Shown: positions 40,690-51,857 of the stretch, piece after piece
Numbering within the stretch: position 1 is the first letter of the stretch
Layout: every line of letters starts with the position of its first letter
Assembly (NCBI GenBank): GCA_951406725.2
Contig: OX597817.1
Span: 93,248,001-93,312,000, forward strand
DNA length: 64,000 bases
Reading direction: 5' to 3'
Source of the DNA: Octopus vulgaris
Lineage: Eukaryota
Position numbers and translations under genes: made by a program
Notes under the pieces: model-generated
What the model was told of the DNA's origin: nothing
Databases searched by the model: none
The model's input: only the letters and a program-made list of their open reading frames with translations

Positions 40690-41700
40690 ACCTGAAATCA
40701 AAGGGTTTTAAAGTTAATTCAGCAAAAACCGAAGTTCTAATAAGCAGGGAAACAGATAAACCACTAATCCCTTAATAAATTGGCCCTGTTTGATATGTAG
40801 AAAAGTTGTTGGTAGAAATTCCATATAATGAACCCAGTGCAAACTGGACACATAAGAGATGAAATGAAATAAGATTAACAGAGAAAGTAGATATTGTGTG
40901 TGGCAGTTGTGCAGGAGCAATACTCAATAAGAACTCATGGGAAATAGATTTCCTTGAATGCCCATTAGGACCTTTACAAGTAAGAACCAGCTGGAAAAGT
41001 TCAGAGAGTTATTATCTCTGTTGGTGACAAAAGGCCTCTCTCTCAGAGTAAAAGATAGATTGTATGATCAGCAATGCTACATGGTAGTAAAATGTGGGCT
41101 GAGAACACAAGGGGCATATGATAGCTAGAAAGAAATGAAGGATTTCCAATCACAGTTTCCATTACCTCTGTCTCCCACCATTCCTACTCCCATGTACCTC
41201 TGACCTTATTCCTGTCACTCCCTTTTCCCCACAAACTTCCCTACCTATTCACCCTAACCAATCCTTTGTACCACTTCCCTTATATTCACCTTCCTGTAAC
41301 TTGAGGGTATACCCTAACACCTTTGCACCACTGTGTTTTCTCTTTTTCAACTGGATTGGCCATGTACTTTCTTAACAGCAAGGCACCTATACTTATTTCT
41401 CTAATTTACCTTAACTTTCTCATTAACTGGCACAAAGCCACCTCCCTCAACACTACTCCCCTCTCCCAGTCGAAGGGTCTTTGTTTTTCAAGTTACTTGG
41501 TGACCCTGCTGATGCAATGTATAAAGCACCCGGGGTACTCTGTAAAGTGGTTGGCATTAGGGATGGTATCCAACCATAGAAACCATACCAAAACAGACAA
41601 CAGTGCCCAGCACAATCCTGTGGCTTACCAGTTCCTGTCAGATTATTCAACCTATGCCAGCATGGAAAACAGACATTAAATGATAACGATGATGGTGGTG
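40690..41700 (+). mobile_element. Old degraded copy of the PHD-containing RTE family
   Basis: Recognisable WPCLICRK, TKGLSLRVK and the 3' tail CATGGAAAACAGACATTAAATGAT. Confidence 0.65.
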
Positions 41701-41751
41701 GTTGTGGTGATATATTTATTAATTAATTTTCTTTTTGCTTCTTTTTACCAG

Positions 41752-41860
41752 GAGATACAATCTGAATCTGCTTGACACAATCTCTTGGTTCATATTGGTG
41801 TTTGTCTATGGCTTTTTCTGCTTGAAGTATCTAAAACCTATCAAAGAGAAATCCACTTGA
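41752..41860 (+). CDS. TMEM254: TMEM254-like gene, final coding exon (RYNLNLLDTISWFILVFVYGFFCLKYLKPIKEKST*)
   Basis: Long pyrimidine tract plus CAG, phase 2 matching exon 3, TGA at 41858-41860. WF...YGF..L resembles TMEM254 WFLQTFFFGIASL. Confidence 0.88.
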
Positions 41861-41966
41861 ATATTTTCCAACTTCATGTATTCTTGATACAAAATATGTC
41901 TTTGAAGTAAAAAATTTTATATAATTTGATTCCTCATAAATATTATGAATTTATCAATAATCAACC

Positions 41967-41972
41967 AATAAA
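41967..41972 (+). promoter_or_regulatory. Candidate polyadenylation signal for the TMEM254-like gene
   Basis: First AATAAA, ~107 nt after the stop codon. Confidence 0.4.
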
Positions 41973-42369
41973 GATACATAGATAACATTATTTATAGTTG
42001 TTTCAGTTATTATTGAGTGCTAGACATTTCTTCATCTTCTTTGGCATCTGTTCCTCCATTTAATTTCTGCATTTTTGATGGTGAGAGGGACAAAGGAATC
42101 CTGTCTAATTTAGTGGAGAACAAACATCACGAGAAACTGAAAAATATTGGCTTTTTATGAAAATGTTTACATTTTGATCCTAGCCAACCCATATGAACAA
42201 GGAAAGTAGACATAGTTTGCTTCAAGTATTGTAATATCAAAGAAGGTAAAAAGAGAGAAACTAGGAACCTTCTGAAAATGCAGAAAGATTAATAAAACCT
42301 TTATATTTATTTCTCTCTCTCTCTCTACATGCATATATATATATATATAAATACATATACAGAGACAAT

Positions 42370-43160
42370 GACAGAAGACCGAGACCTCTAGAGATATGCT
42401 GTGACTGCAAAGACCTGATAAATAATGTGAGTTCATGGCTGTTTCCTGCACCAGCTTCACATAGAAGCCCCAGCCCATCCAAAGTGCCTTGGATCGCAGG
42501 ACGGCCTGCTGTACTTACCTTGGATCATAGGGCGACCTGCTGTGCTTGAGGAGACCTATTGAGTCAAGTACATCAGCATCAAAAAATCAAATGGAAATTG
42601 TAGTTGCGATACCTATGCTGGTGGCACGTAAAATGCACCATCCGTACGTGGCCAATGTCAGCGCCGCCTTGACTGGCTTCTGTGCCAGTGGCACGTAAAA
42701 AGCACCAACCGATCATGGCCATTTCCAGCCTACCCTGGCACTTGTGGCCAGTGGCACGTAGAAAAAATGCACCATCCATATGTGGCTGATGCCAGCGCTG
42801 CCTTGATTGGCTTCTGTGTTGGTGGCACGTAAAAAGCACCAACCGATCGTGGATGTTGCCAGCCTCCCCTGGCACGTAAAAAGCACCATCCATATGTGGT
42901 CAGTGTCAGCGCCACCTTGACTGGCTTCCATACCGGTGGCACGCAAAAAATACCAACCGATCGAGGCCATTTCCAGCCTCCCTTGGCACGTAAAAAGCGC
43001 GCACTACACTCACGGAGAGGTTGGCGTTAGGAAGGGCATCCAGCTGTAGAAACACTGCCAGATCAGACTGGAGCCTGGTGCAGCCTCCTGGCTTGCCAGA
43101 CCCCGGTCGAACCATCCGACCCATGCTAGCATGGAAAACAGGCGTTAAATGATGATGAGG
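42370..43160 (+). mobile_element. RTE 3' UTR-only copy with minisatellite and (GAT)n tail
   Basis: Repeated GGCACGTAAAAAGCACCA units and the end CCCATGCTAGCATGGAAA..TTAAATGATGATG. Confidence 0.8.
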
Positions 43161-44939
43161 ATGATATATATATATATATATAAATACATAAATACAGAAA
43201 CATATACACACACATGCATATATATATATATATACGATGGGCTTCTTTCAGTTTCTATCTACCAAATCCACTCACAAGGCTTTGGTCAGCCTGAGGGCTA
43301 TAGTAGAAGACGCTTGCCCAAGGTGCCACGCAGTGGGACTGAACCTGGAACCATGTGGTTACTAAGGAAGCTACTTACCATATTTTTAAAATCTTAGGGA
43401 ATAATAAGCATTCCAGGTTATCAGGACATTTACTATTTTACACTGTACTAATGCAATGTAAACAGTATCATTTATAATATTACTAGCAGAGATACCCGGT
43501 GTTGCCCGTATTACATTCAATTGAAGAATTAGACTTTTCTGTTATATTTTCTGTAATGGACTGGAATATCTATGTTTCTAATTTCATCAAAATTGCAGAT
43601 GAGGGTTATTTTCCTCTTTACACACCCTAAAAAAATTGTAATCATGTCACATGTATCCCATACTACTAATTTTTATGCACATATTCCAAAATCCCACTCT
43701 TATTGAACCTGTTAAAAAGATTTTGCTCCTGAAAAATGAAGGTCATGGAGCTCTAAAATGTGAGAGTTAAGGCCCCTGTTGGGGGTAGGCATCTTCATGT
43801 CAACCAGAGAAGTTGAATTGTTGAGAATCTTTTTAACTTGGGTCTTATATCTATTGTTTGAATTTCTTTGAAATAGGAAATATATGTTCACTGGGTTTGA
43901 ATGATCACAATAAGTAGTCAGCTACCCTACCTTAGTCGTTACCACTCTCAATGTAGGATTCTTCACCATCCAGGTGACAGGCACAGCCATAAGATGCATT
44001 ACAAATGTATAGCAATTGGAAGGGCGTGACCCAACTGAAATCAGCGTTAACAACTGTGTGATGTGAGGGCTAAGGAGAAATGAAAGTGTCACCTCTGGAA
44101 TTTGCAAATGACCACTATACTGATACGTAACTGGACAGAATAAATTTACAATCTATAAATGTCTTTGAATAACCAGTCACTTACCTGGGAAGGCCTTGAA
44201 ATCAATGTTACCATCTGGCGACTATATGTGACCCAATGATAATAAAAAGACTGAAAGGAGGTCTGCAATCAAATAACTATACTCAACACTTTGCAACTGA
44301 ATAAGTGGAGGCAAAGATGCCTCTCTTTTACTTGACAATTTATGCACCACATTGCAGAAATCACAATGTAAGTGTATGTCAAAGCAAACTGTTACTCTGT
44401 TGTACCATTGAATTACAAATAATGCTCATCTTTTATGCTCGGGTGACCCTACAGCTTCCAAGAGCACAACTGTATTCATTTTTGCTTAGATAAAATGACA
44501 AAATTGTGGGTGTTAAGTCCCCATGGAGGGTTCTTTCTAACTTGTAAGATGATAAAATTTTATAAATATTAACAAACACCATTTGTGAAGCAGTGATGAG
44601 GGAGAAACACAAAGACACACACATAGACTAACATATATACATACATATATATACAATTGATTTCTTTCAGTTTCTGTCTACAAAATCCACTGACAAGGCT
44701 TTGGTTGGTCTGAGGCTATAGCAGAAGACACATGCCAAGTTACCACACAGTGGGACTGAACTGAGGACCATGTGTTTTGGAACTAAGTTTGTTACTACAC
44801 AGCCACACCTGCACCTATGTATGTGTGTGTGTGTGTGTGTATGTGTGTATGGGTGTATATATGTATGCATGTATATATATGTATATATATGTGTATATAT
44901 TGCATGTACATCTATATCTATAGAAATACATGTATACAT

Positions 44940-46527
44940 AGCTCCTCTATGCTGATGACCTTGCTCTAATTGCTGAGTCATTATCAGAACTGGAGAAGAA
45001 GTTTCAGGTGTGGAAGCATGGTTTAGAATCGAAGGGCCTTAGAGTCAACCTAGCTAAAACCAAAGTCCTAATAAGTAGGAAGGTAGACAAATCACAAACG
45101 CCTTCAGGTAGATGGCCCTGCTCGATCTGTAGAAAAGGTGTAGGTAGAAACTCTATAAGATGCACCAAGTGTAAGCTATGGACACATAAGAGGTGCAGCA
45201 ATGTCATAGGAAGGCTAACTAGGAAGATGGTTTTTGTATGTGGCAGATGCTCGGGAGCATTAACCTCTGAAAATCTGCAGAAAACAACTTCCGTCACTTT
45301 CCAGGGGAAAAAACCAGAAGTAGTTGATAGCTTCCGTTATCTTGGTGACCAAGTCAATAGTGGGGGTGGGTGTGCTGAAAGTGTAACGGCTAGAGTAAGA
45401 ATAGCCTGGGCAAAGTTTAGGGAGCTCTTACCTCTGTTGGTGACTAAAGGCCTCTCGCTCAGAGTAAAAGGCAGACTGTATGATGCATGTGTACGAACAG
45501 CCATGCTACATGGCAGTGAAACATGGGCCGTGACTGCTGAGGACATGCGTAAGCTCGCGAGAAATGAAGCTAGTATGCTCCGTTGGATGTGTAATGTCAG
45601 TGTTCATAGTCGACAGAGTGTAAGTACCTTGAGAGAAAAGTTGGACCTAAGAGGAATTAGATGTTGTGTGCAAGAGAGACGATTGCGCTGGTATGGTCAT
45701 GTGGTGAGAATGGATGAAGATAGGTGTGTGAAAAAGTGCCACACCCTGGCAGTTGAGGGGACCTGTGGAAGAGGTAGACCCAGGAAAACCTGGGTCGAGG
45801 TGGTGAAGCACGACCTTCGAACTCTAGGTCTCACCAAGGAAATGACCAGAGACCGAGACCTATGGAAGTATGCTGTGTGTGAGAAGACCCGGCAAGACCA
45901 GTGAGAACAATCAAAATCAAATCATATATCAGAAAGCAGGGGTTAAGTGACCCATCCGTTCGTGTCCGCTGTCAGCCTCGTCTGGCACCCGTGCCGGTGA
46001 TACGTAAAAGCACCATTCGCTGGCCCCATGTCGGTGGCACGTAAAAGCACCATCCGTTCGTGGTCGTTTGCCAGCTCTGTCTGGCCCCGTGTCGGTGGCA
46101 CGTAAAAGCACCATCCGTTCGTGTCCGTTGCCAGCCTCGGCTGGCCCCCGTGCCGGTGACACGTAAAAGCACCGTCCGTTCGTGGCCGGTTGCCAGCTCT
46201 GTCTGGCCCCGTGTCGGTGGCACGCAAAAGCACCATCCGTTCGTGTCCGTTGCCAGCATCGCCTGGCCCCGTGCCGGTGACACGTAAAAGCACCATCCGT
46301 TCGTGGCCGTTCGCCAGCTCTGTCTGGCACCTGTGCAGGTGGCACGTAAAAAACACCCACTACACTCGCGGAGTGGTTGGCGTTAGGAAGGGCATCCAGC
46401 CGTAGAAACACTGCCAGATATGACTGGGCCTGACGAAGCCTTCCAGCTTCACAGACCCCAGTTGACCCGTCCAACCCATGCTAGCATGGAAAGCGGACGC
46501 TAAACGATGATGATGATGATGATGATG
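44940..46527 (+). mobile_element. RTE-clade LINE copy 2, 5'-truncated at the YADD region
   Basis: ORF 45008-45904 is nearly identical to the C-terminal half of 6100-7965. Minisatellite 3' UTR and (GAT)n tail. Confidence 0.95.
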
Positions 46528-46733
46528 TATACATATATGGCAATACATATAGATGTATACATATACAGCTATACATATACATGTATACATATACATCTAT
46601 ATATATATACATGTATACATATACATCTATATATATACATGTATATATATATATGTATATATATACATCCATATATATATACATGTATATATATATATAT
46701 ACATCTATATATTTACATCTATATGTATACATC

Positions 46734-46766
<33 letters not shown>

Positions 46767-46954
46767 AAAGGGCTTAGTAAAATAAATTACTTTGCCACAT
46801 ACTGAACTCATTAGAAATAGCAGCTAAAAAATTTTTTTTTTTTTTTTTTAACTATTTCTAATACTTAAAAAGAAAATCTCATATAGTGTTTTCTCAATTC
46901 AACTCACGAAAGTATGGGGGTAAAGACATTAAAAAATCAAATGCAAAGGTTATT

Positions 46955-47006
46955 TGAGAACATACTTTTCTAGATTAGTCAAATCGACATTTCTTTCGTC
47001 AGCTCA
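46955..47006 (-). ncRNA. Type I hammerhead motif, family A unit 1 (stem III mutated)
   Basis: TGAG-CTGACGA-stem II-GAAA-AGTATG-TT-CTCA; the palindrome CGTACG has decayed. Confidence 0.6.
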
Positions 47007-47512
47007 GAATTCCTTGGTTCGGATTTGGAAACACTGAAAGTGGGAGCATACCCTTTCGGCTTCTTATCGCTTCTGAAGATCCGCTCGAACTATCAGTGCC
47101 AGCAAATTCAAAATATGCAAGCGAAGAATTTCTGCTCTCCCCTTTCCACCAGCGTGGGTTAAAATCAGTAAACACTATGTTTTATCGGTAAAATCGAGAG
47201 AGATGAATTATAATTTCAACAATTGAGGGTAAAATTAATTAATTATTAATCAATTTCACCAAGTATTCAGTATGCAAAGGGACCAATTAAGGCGAATTCA
47301 AATTATTACATTATATAAAAGGGCTTAGTAAAATAAATTACTTTGCCACATACTGAACTCATTAGAAATAGCAGCTAAAAATTTTTTTTTTTTTTTTTTT
47401 TTTAAAACTATTTCTAATACTTAAAGAAAATCTCTCTCATATAGTGTTTTCTCAATTCAACTCACGAAAGTATGGGGGTAAAGACATTAAAAAATCAAAT
47501 GCAAAGGTTATT

Positions 47513-47564
47513 TGAGAACGTACGTTTCTAGATTAGTCAAATCGACATTTCTTTCGTCAGCTCA
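47513..47564 (-). ncRNA. Type I hammerhead ribozyme, family A unit 2
   Basis: TGAG-CTGACGA-AAGAAATGTCGATTTGACTAATCTA-GAAA-CGTACG-TT-CTCA: intact core, palindromic stem III, GUU triplet. Confidence 0.78.
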
Positions 47565-48074
47565 GAATTCCTTGGTTCGGATTTGGAAACACTGAAAGTG
47601 GGAGCATACCCTTTCGGCTTCTTATCGCTTCTGAAGATCCGCTCGAACTATCAGTGCCAGCAAATTCAAAATATGCAAGCGAAGAATTTCTGCTCTCCCC
47701 TTTCCACCAGCGTGGGTTAAAATCAGTAAACACTATGTTTTATCGGTAAAATCGAGAGAGATGAATTATAATTTCAACAATTGAGGGTAAAATTAATTAA
47801 TTATTAATCAATTTCACCAAGTATTCAGTATGCAAAGGGACCAATTAAGGCGAATTCAAATTATTACATTATATAAAAGGGCTTAGTAAAATAAATTACT
47901 TTGCCACATACTGAACTCATTAGAAATAGCAGCTAAAAAAAATTTTATTTTTTATTTTTTTTTTTTAAACTATTTCTAATACTTAAAGAAAATCTCTCTC
48001 ATATAGTGTTTTCTCAATTCAACTCACGAAAGTATGGGGGTAAAGACATTAAAAAATCAAATGCAAAGGTTATT

Positions 48075-48126
48075 TGAGAACGTACGTTTCTAGATTAGTC
48101 AAATGGACATTTCTTTCGTCAGCTCA
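48075..48126 (-). ncRNA. Type I hammerhead ribozyme, family A unit 3
   Basis: Same as unit 2 with one stem II loop change. Confidence 0.78.
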
Positions 48127-48148
48127 GAATTCCTTGGTTATTAGAAAT

Positions 48149-48184
<36 letters not shown>

Positions 48185-48557
48185 TTTAGCTGCTATTTCT
48201 AATGAGTTCAGTATGTGGCAAAGTAATTTATTTTACTAAGCCCTTTTATATAATGTAATAATTTGAATTCGCCTTAATTGGTCCCTTTGCATACTGAATA
48301 CTTGGTGAAATTGATTAATAATTAATTAATTTTACCCTCAATTGTTGAAATTATAATTCATCTCTCTCGATTTTACCGATAAAACATAGTGTTTACTGAT
48401 TTTAACCCACGCTGGTGGAAAGGGGAGAGCAGAAATTCTTCGCTTGCATATTTTGAATTTGCTGGCACTGATAGTTCGAGCGGATCTTCAGAAGCGATAA
48501 GAAGCCGAAAGGGTATGCTCCCACTTTCAGTGTTTCCAAATCCGAACCAAGGAATTC

Positions 48558-48609
48558 TGAGCTGACGAAAGAAATGTCGATTTGACTAATCTAGAAACGT
48601 ACGTTCTCA
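48558..48609 (+). ncRNA. Type I hammerhead ribozyme, family A inverted unit
   Basis: TGAG CTGACGA ... GAAA CGTACG TT CTCA on the + strand. Confidence 0.78.
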
Positions 48610-48961
48610 AATAACCTTTGCATTTGATTTTTTAATGTCTTTACCCCCATACTTTCGTGAGTTGAATTGAGAAAACACTATATGAGAGAGATTTTCTTTT
48701 AGAAATAGTTTAAAAAAAAAAAAAAAATTTTTTTAGCTGCTATTTCTAATGAGTTCAGTGTGTGGCAAAGTAATTTATTTTACTAAGCCCTTTTATATAA
48801 TGTAATAATTTGAATTCGCCTTAATTGGTCCCTTTGCATACTGAATACTTGGTGAAATTGATTAATAATTAATTAATTTTACCCTCAATTGTTGAAATAT
48901 ATATATATATATATATATACATCTATATATATATATATTTATATATATATATATATATATA

Positions 48962-49609
48962 TAAATGAAAGAATGGAGTTGAACGACGAATTAACAAAAT
49001 TCCTTTATTTTATTTTCGACATATCCACACACACATAGCCATTAATGCAGTTATATACATACACACACATAGGCACTCATTCACAAAAGAAAACAACAAA
49101 ATCACCATTCATTTGACCTGCACCCTTTTACCTTCCTATTCTTAGGTCTCTCTCCTCCAACCTTGTTTGAACCCTTGAACCTTCTAGAATCTTCTACATT
49201 CAACCATTTTTGATGTCACTGCTTATAACGGAATATTTTAAAGAAACACTCATTATCGCTATGGGCTCCGTGTGGGCAGTCATCTAAAAGTTTTTGTGCA
49301 TCTTGATGCTGACATAAGTTCCTTACTTTTCCTGATGAGAAGGCGGCATAATGCACCCCTTATTCCTTCGAAATTAGGAATATGCAGCCTTCGAAACATA
49401 TGTCGAAAATAAAATAAAGGAATTTTGTTAATTCGTCGTTCAACTCCATTCTTTCATTTATTTGTATTTAAAAAAACACACAAATTTCCACACGATAGCA
49501 CGTGATCTCTGCCCTAGGCATGTAGCTTCAACCGTGTTTTTCTGACGTGAATTTGCTACCCAGGTATCGGTTAACCGAATTATCCATAAAATAATTCATT
49601 CAACTATTC

Positions 49610-49612
<3 letters not shown>
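48962..49612 (+). mobile_element. Penelope-pLTR/retrozyme-like non-coding element (family C) with an inverted duplication
   Basis: 48962-49024 is the reverse complement of 49398-49460. Contains a hammerhead and is flanked by (TA)n. Confidence 0.7.
49327..49409 (+). ncRNA. Type I hammerhead ribozyme, family C
   Basis: TTTTC-CTGATGA-GAAGGC...GCCTTC-GAAA-CATATG-TC-GAAAA: 5-bp stem I, 6-bp G-C-closed stem II, palindromic stem III, GUC triplet. Confidence 0.9.
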
Positions 49613-49663
<51 letters not shown>

Positions 49664-50071
49664 ACATGTAAATTTGAATTTAAAATAATAAGGGTGAAAG
49701 ATTGAATATTAATTTGATTAATATGAATTGAAAACCAGTGGTGTAGCATATAAGACCATAGTGGATCTTCTTCTAGCAAAATGGATGTCCACTCTTCATG
49801 GTTCAATCCTGTTATATAATAGTTTCACTTTAATAGTTTCAGTATTAAACTGAAAGCCTTTCTTTCACTTTTAACACGTAATACTGAAATAGTGGAGAAG
49901 ATATGATGTTGCTGTGGGCTTGCCCTAGGCAGAAAATTAAAAAATTTTTCTTGCCCCTGACACTCCCTGGATCCTAAGTAAGGCATGTGTAAAATTTGAA
50001 ATTGGTTGTGTAGTTCTCAAGTTTTAGGGATTCACACAGACAGACACACATTCTCAGTTTTATATATATAG

Positions 50072-50289
50072 ATTATAAATTTGGGATATTTCCAATAGAA
50101 CTGCAACTCCTATTTTAGGATAACCTTATGGTATGGAATATTAATTGAAAATTTTATTGTATTTTATAGTAGGTTTTTTTTTTTAATGCTTATATAATTT
50201 TATTGGATACAACTTCCTATGTGTATTCCATACAATAAGGTTATCCTGAAATAGGAGTTGCAGTTCTATTGGTAAAATCCCAAATTTGT

Positions 50290-50292
<3 letters not shown>
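50072..50292. repeat. Fold-back element with ~68-bp imperfect arms
   Basis: CCAATAGAACTGCAACTCCTATTT..GGATAACCTTAT mirrored by ATAAGGTTATCC..AAATAGGAGTTGCAGTTCTATTGG. Confidence 0.85.
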
Positions 50293-50324
<32 letters not shown>

Positions 50325-50488
50325 GAGAGAGAGAGAATTAGTGTATAAACATCATAAAATTAATCTATTGTAAATAAGAAATAAATTAGTAATAGATAGT
50401 TAAACTCCAACACTTGTATGTCCAAGTAGTACCAACTTGCATGTATATATGTAAGTGGTTAAAACAACCTTTTAAGAGTAGCAGACAA

Positions 50489-51232
50489 AAATCTAGTTGG
50501 TTTGGCTGCCAGCATTAATTCTGTTCAAATTGATTTCATATTCAGTGTAATGATACACTTTTATAGGTTAATGAATGACATGAAAATCATTTTCGCTATA
50601 AATCAATAAATAAAGTGTTATTAGCAATTAAAGTTTGAAAATTTTGGGTAATTTTAGCCAATCGTAAGCCACAGAGACATTCATGCCTGTTTCCATAGTA
50701 GCAAGCCAAACATGAGAACTGTTTTGTCAGCAAGAAAGCACATGTGTTGACAAATATATTCTACGCGATGCCATGTGCATTGACTCTGTGTACTGTTGCT
50801 TGTACTCTGGTCGTAAGATGTGCTAAAAATAACAGCTAAATAGGCTTTAAATAATTTTTTTTGCATAATTGTATGGATTCCTGTCTGTAGAGTACAAATT
50901 TGCAAAAAAAAAATTTCTGAAAATTCCAAATTTTAAAAATGTTATGAGGGGTTATATGTTGTACGTTAAGCAGAATTCGATTTGTTTACTGTTTCTTATA
51001 AAAACACATGCTATTTTCACAATGTTGACAGTATGTGCAGTCTCACACAAAATGACAGCTTCCAAATCCTGCTTGCTGACTTGGTGAAAATGATCAAACT
51101 TTAAAACATTTTCCTGGAAAAAGTGAAATAACTGCAGCAATTTAGCTTAGAAAAAAATATTAATGTGTCAAATTTTAAAATTGTTGATTAACTTTAATTT
51201 TTGAAATGCTGGCAGCCAAACCAACTAGATGT
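50489..51232. mobile_element. MITE with a 26-bp perfect inverted repeat and an 8-bp flanking duplication
   Basis: ATCTAGTTGGTTTGGCTGCCAGCATT (50491) / AATGCTGGCAGCCAAACCAACTAGAT (ends 51230). GCAGACAA at 50481 and 51233. Confidence 0.85.
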
Positions 51233-51777
51233 GCAGACAAGCTTAAATTTCACAAATAGTTCATACATTAAAGTACTTAATACTTTAAGTATTTTGTTTC
51301 AGAATGGTGGCTGGATTCTATTTAGGAAGCAAAAGCATTCAGTCATTACGTAGTTGTTTCCCTTGGTATCAAATTTTGATGATAGAATGAGTAGCTTAGA
51401 AATAAATATATTAGTCAACTAGGATGCTATGAGATGGTGTTGCTATGTTTCACACCTTTTGCCTTAAGTAAGAAATTTTGTCCATAGCAAATTAGTGAAA
51501 ATTATCCTTTTACAGGCCAAATATGTCTCAAACATATCTGAACTGACTGAAACGCTTGATTATTTCACAAAACAGCATATATATTTATATTTTGATATTT
51601 TACTCAGGCATTACAAGACTAATAACCTGGTGTAAAACTCAATAAATGTATGTTTCAAAATGAAGTATTAGACAAGTATAGAGTGGTAATAAGAAAAAGA
51701 GGTGACAAAAGAATAAATGATTATCTTATGAACTTCACTAGCTTACAGCTGTTTCTGCTGTAAGATGCAGTGAGCTC

Positions 51778-51808
<31 letters not shown>

Positions 51809-51857
51809 TGTGTACAGTGCTCAGGTGCACTACAACTCATCTAAAGTGTATATATAA

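Larger units (their letters stand above)
46761..48897. repeat. ~555-bp tandem repeat (2.5 direct units) followed by ~1.3 inverted units, each full unit carrying a hammerhead ribozyme (family A, retrozyme-like)
   Basis: Unit starts at 46761, 47312 and 47870. Inversion breakpoint at 48139/48140. Flanked by (TA)n. No ORF of 60 aa or more. Confidence 0.92.

Noticed and set aside
44185-44250. Minus-strand segment ending in CAG/GTAAGT
   Set aside because: Better explained as a decayed LINE endonuclease remnant (SPDGN motif).
45929-46474. Repetitive ORFs in several frames (also 42579-43211 and 57882-58672), and a CRISPR-like look
   Set aside because: They come from the RTE 3' UTR minisatellite. 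The intervening sequences are similar to each other rather than unique spacers, there are no cas genes, and the context is eukaryotic.
46481-46805. Tyr/Ile-rich ORFs (also 152-400, 55190-55394, 23433-23774)
   Set aside because: Translations of (TA)n and (CA)n microsatellites.
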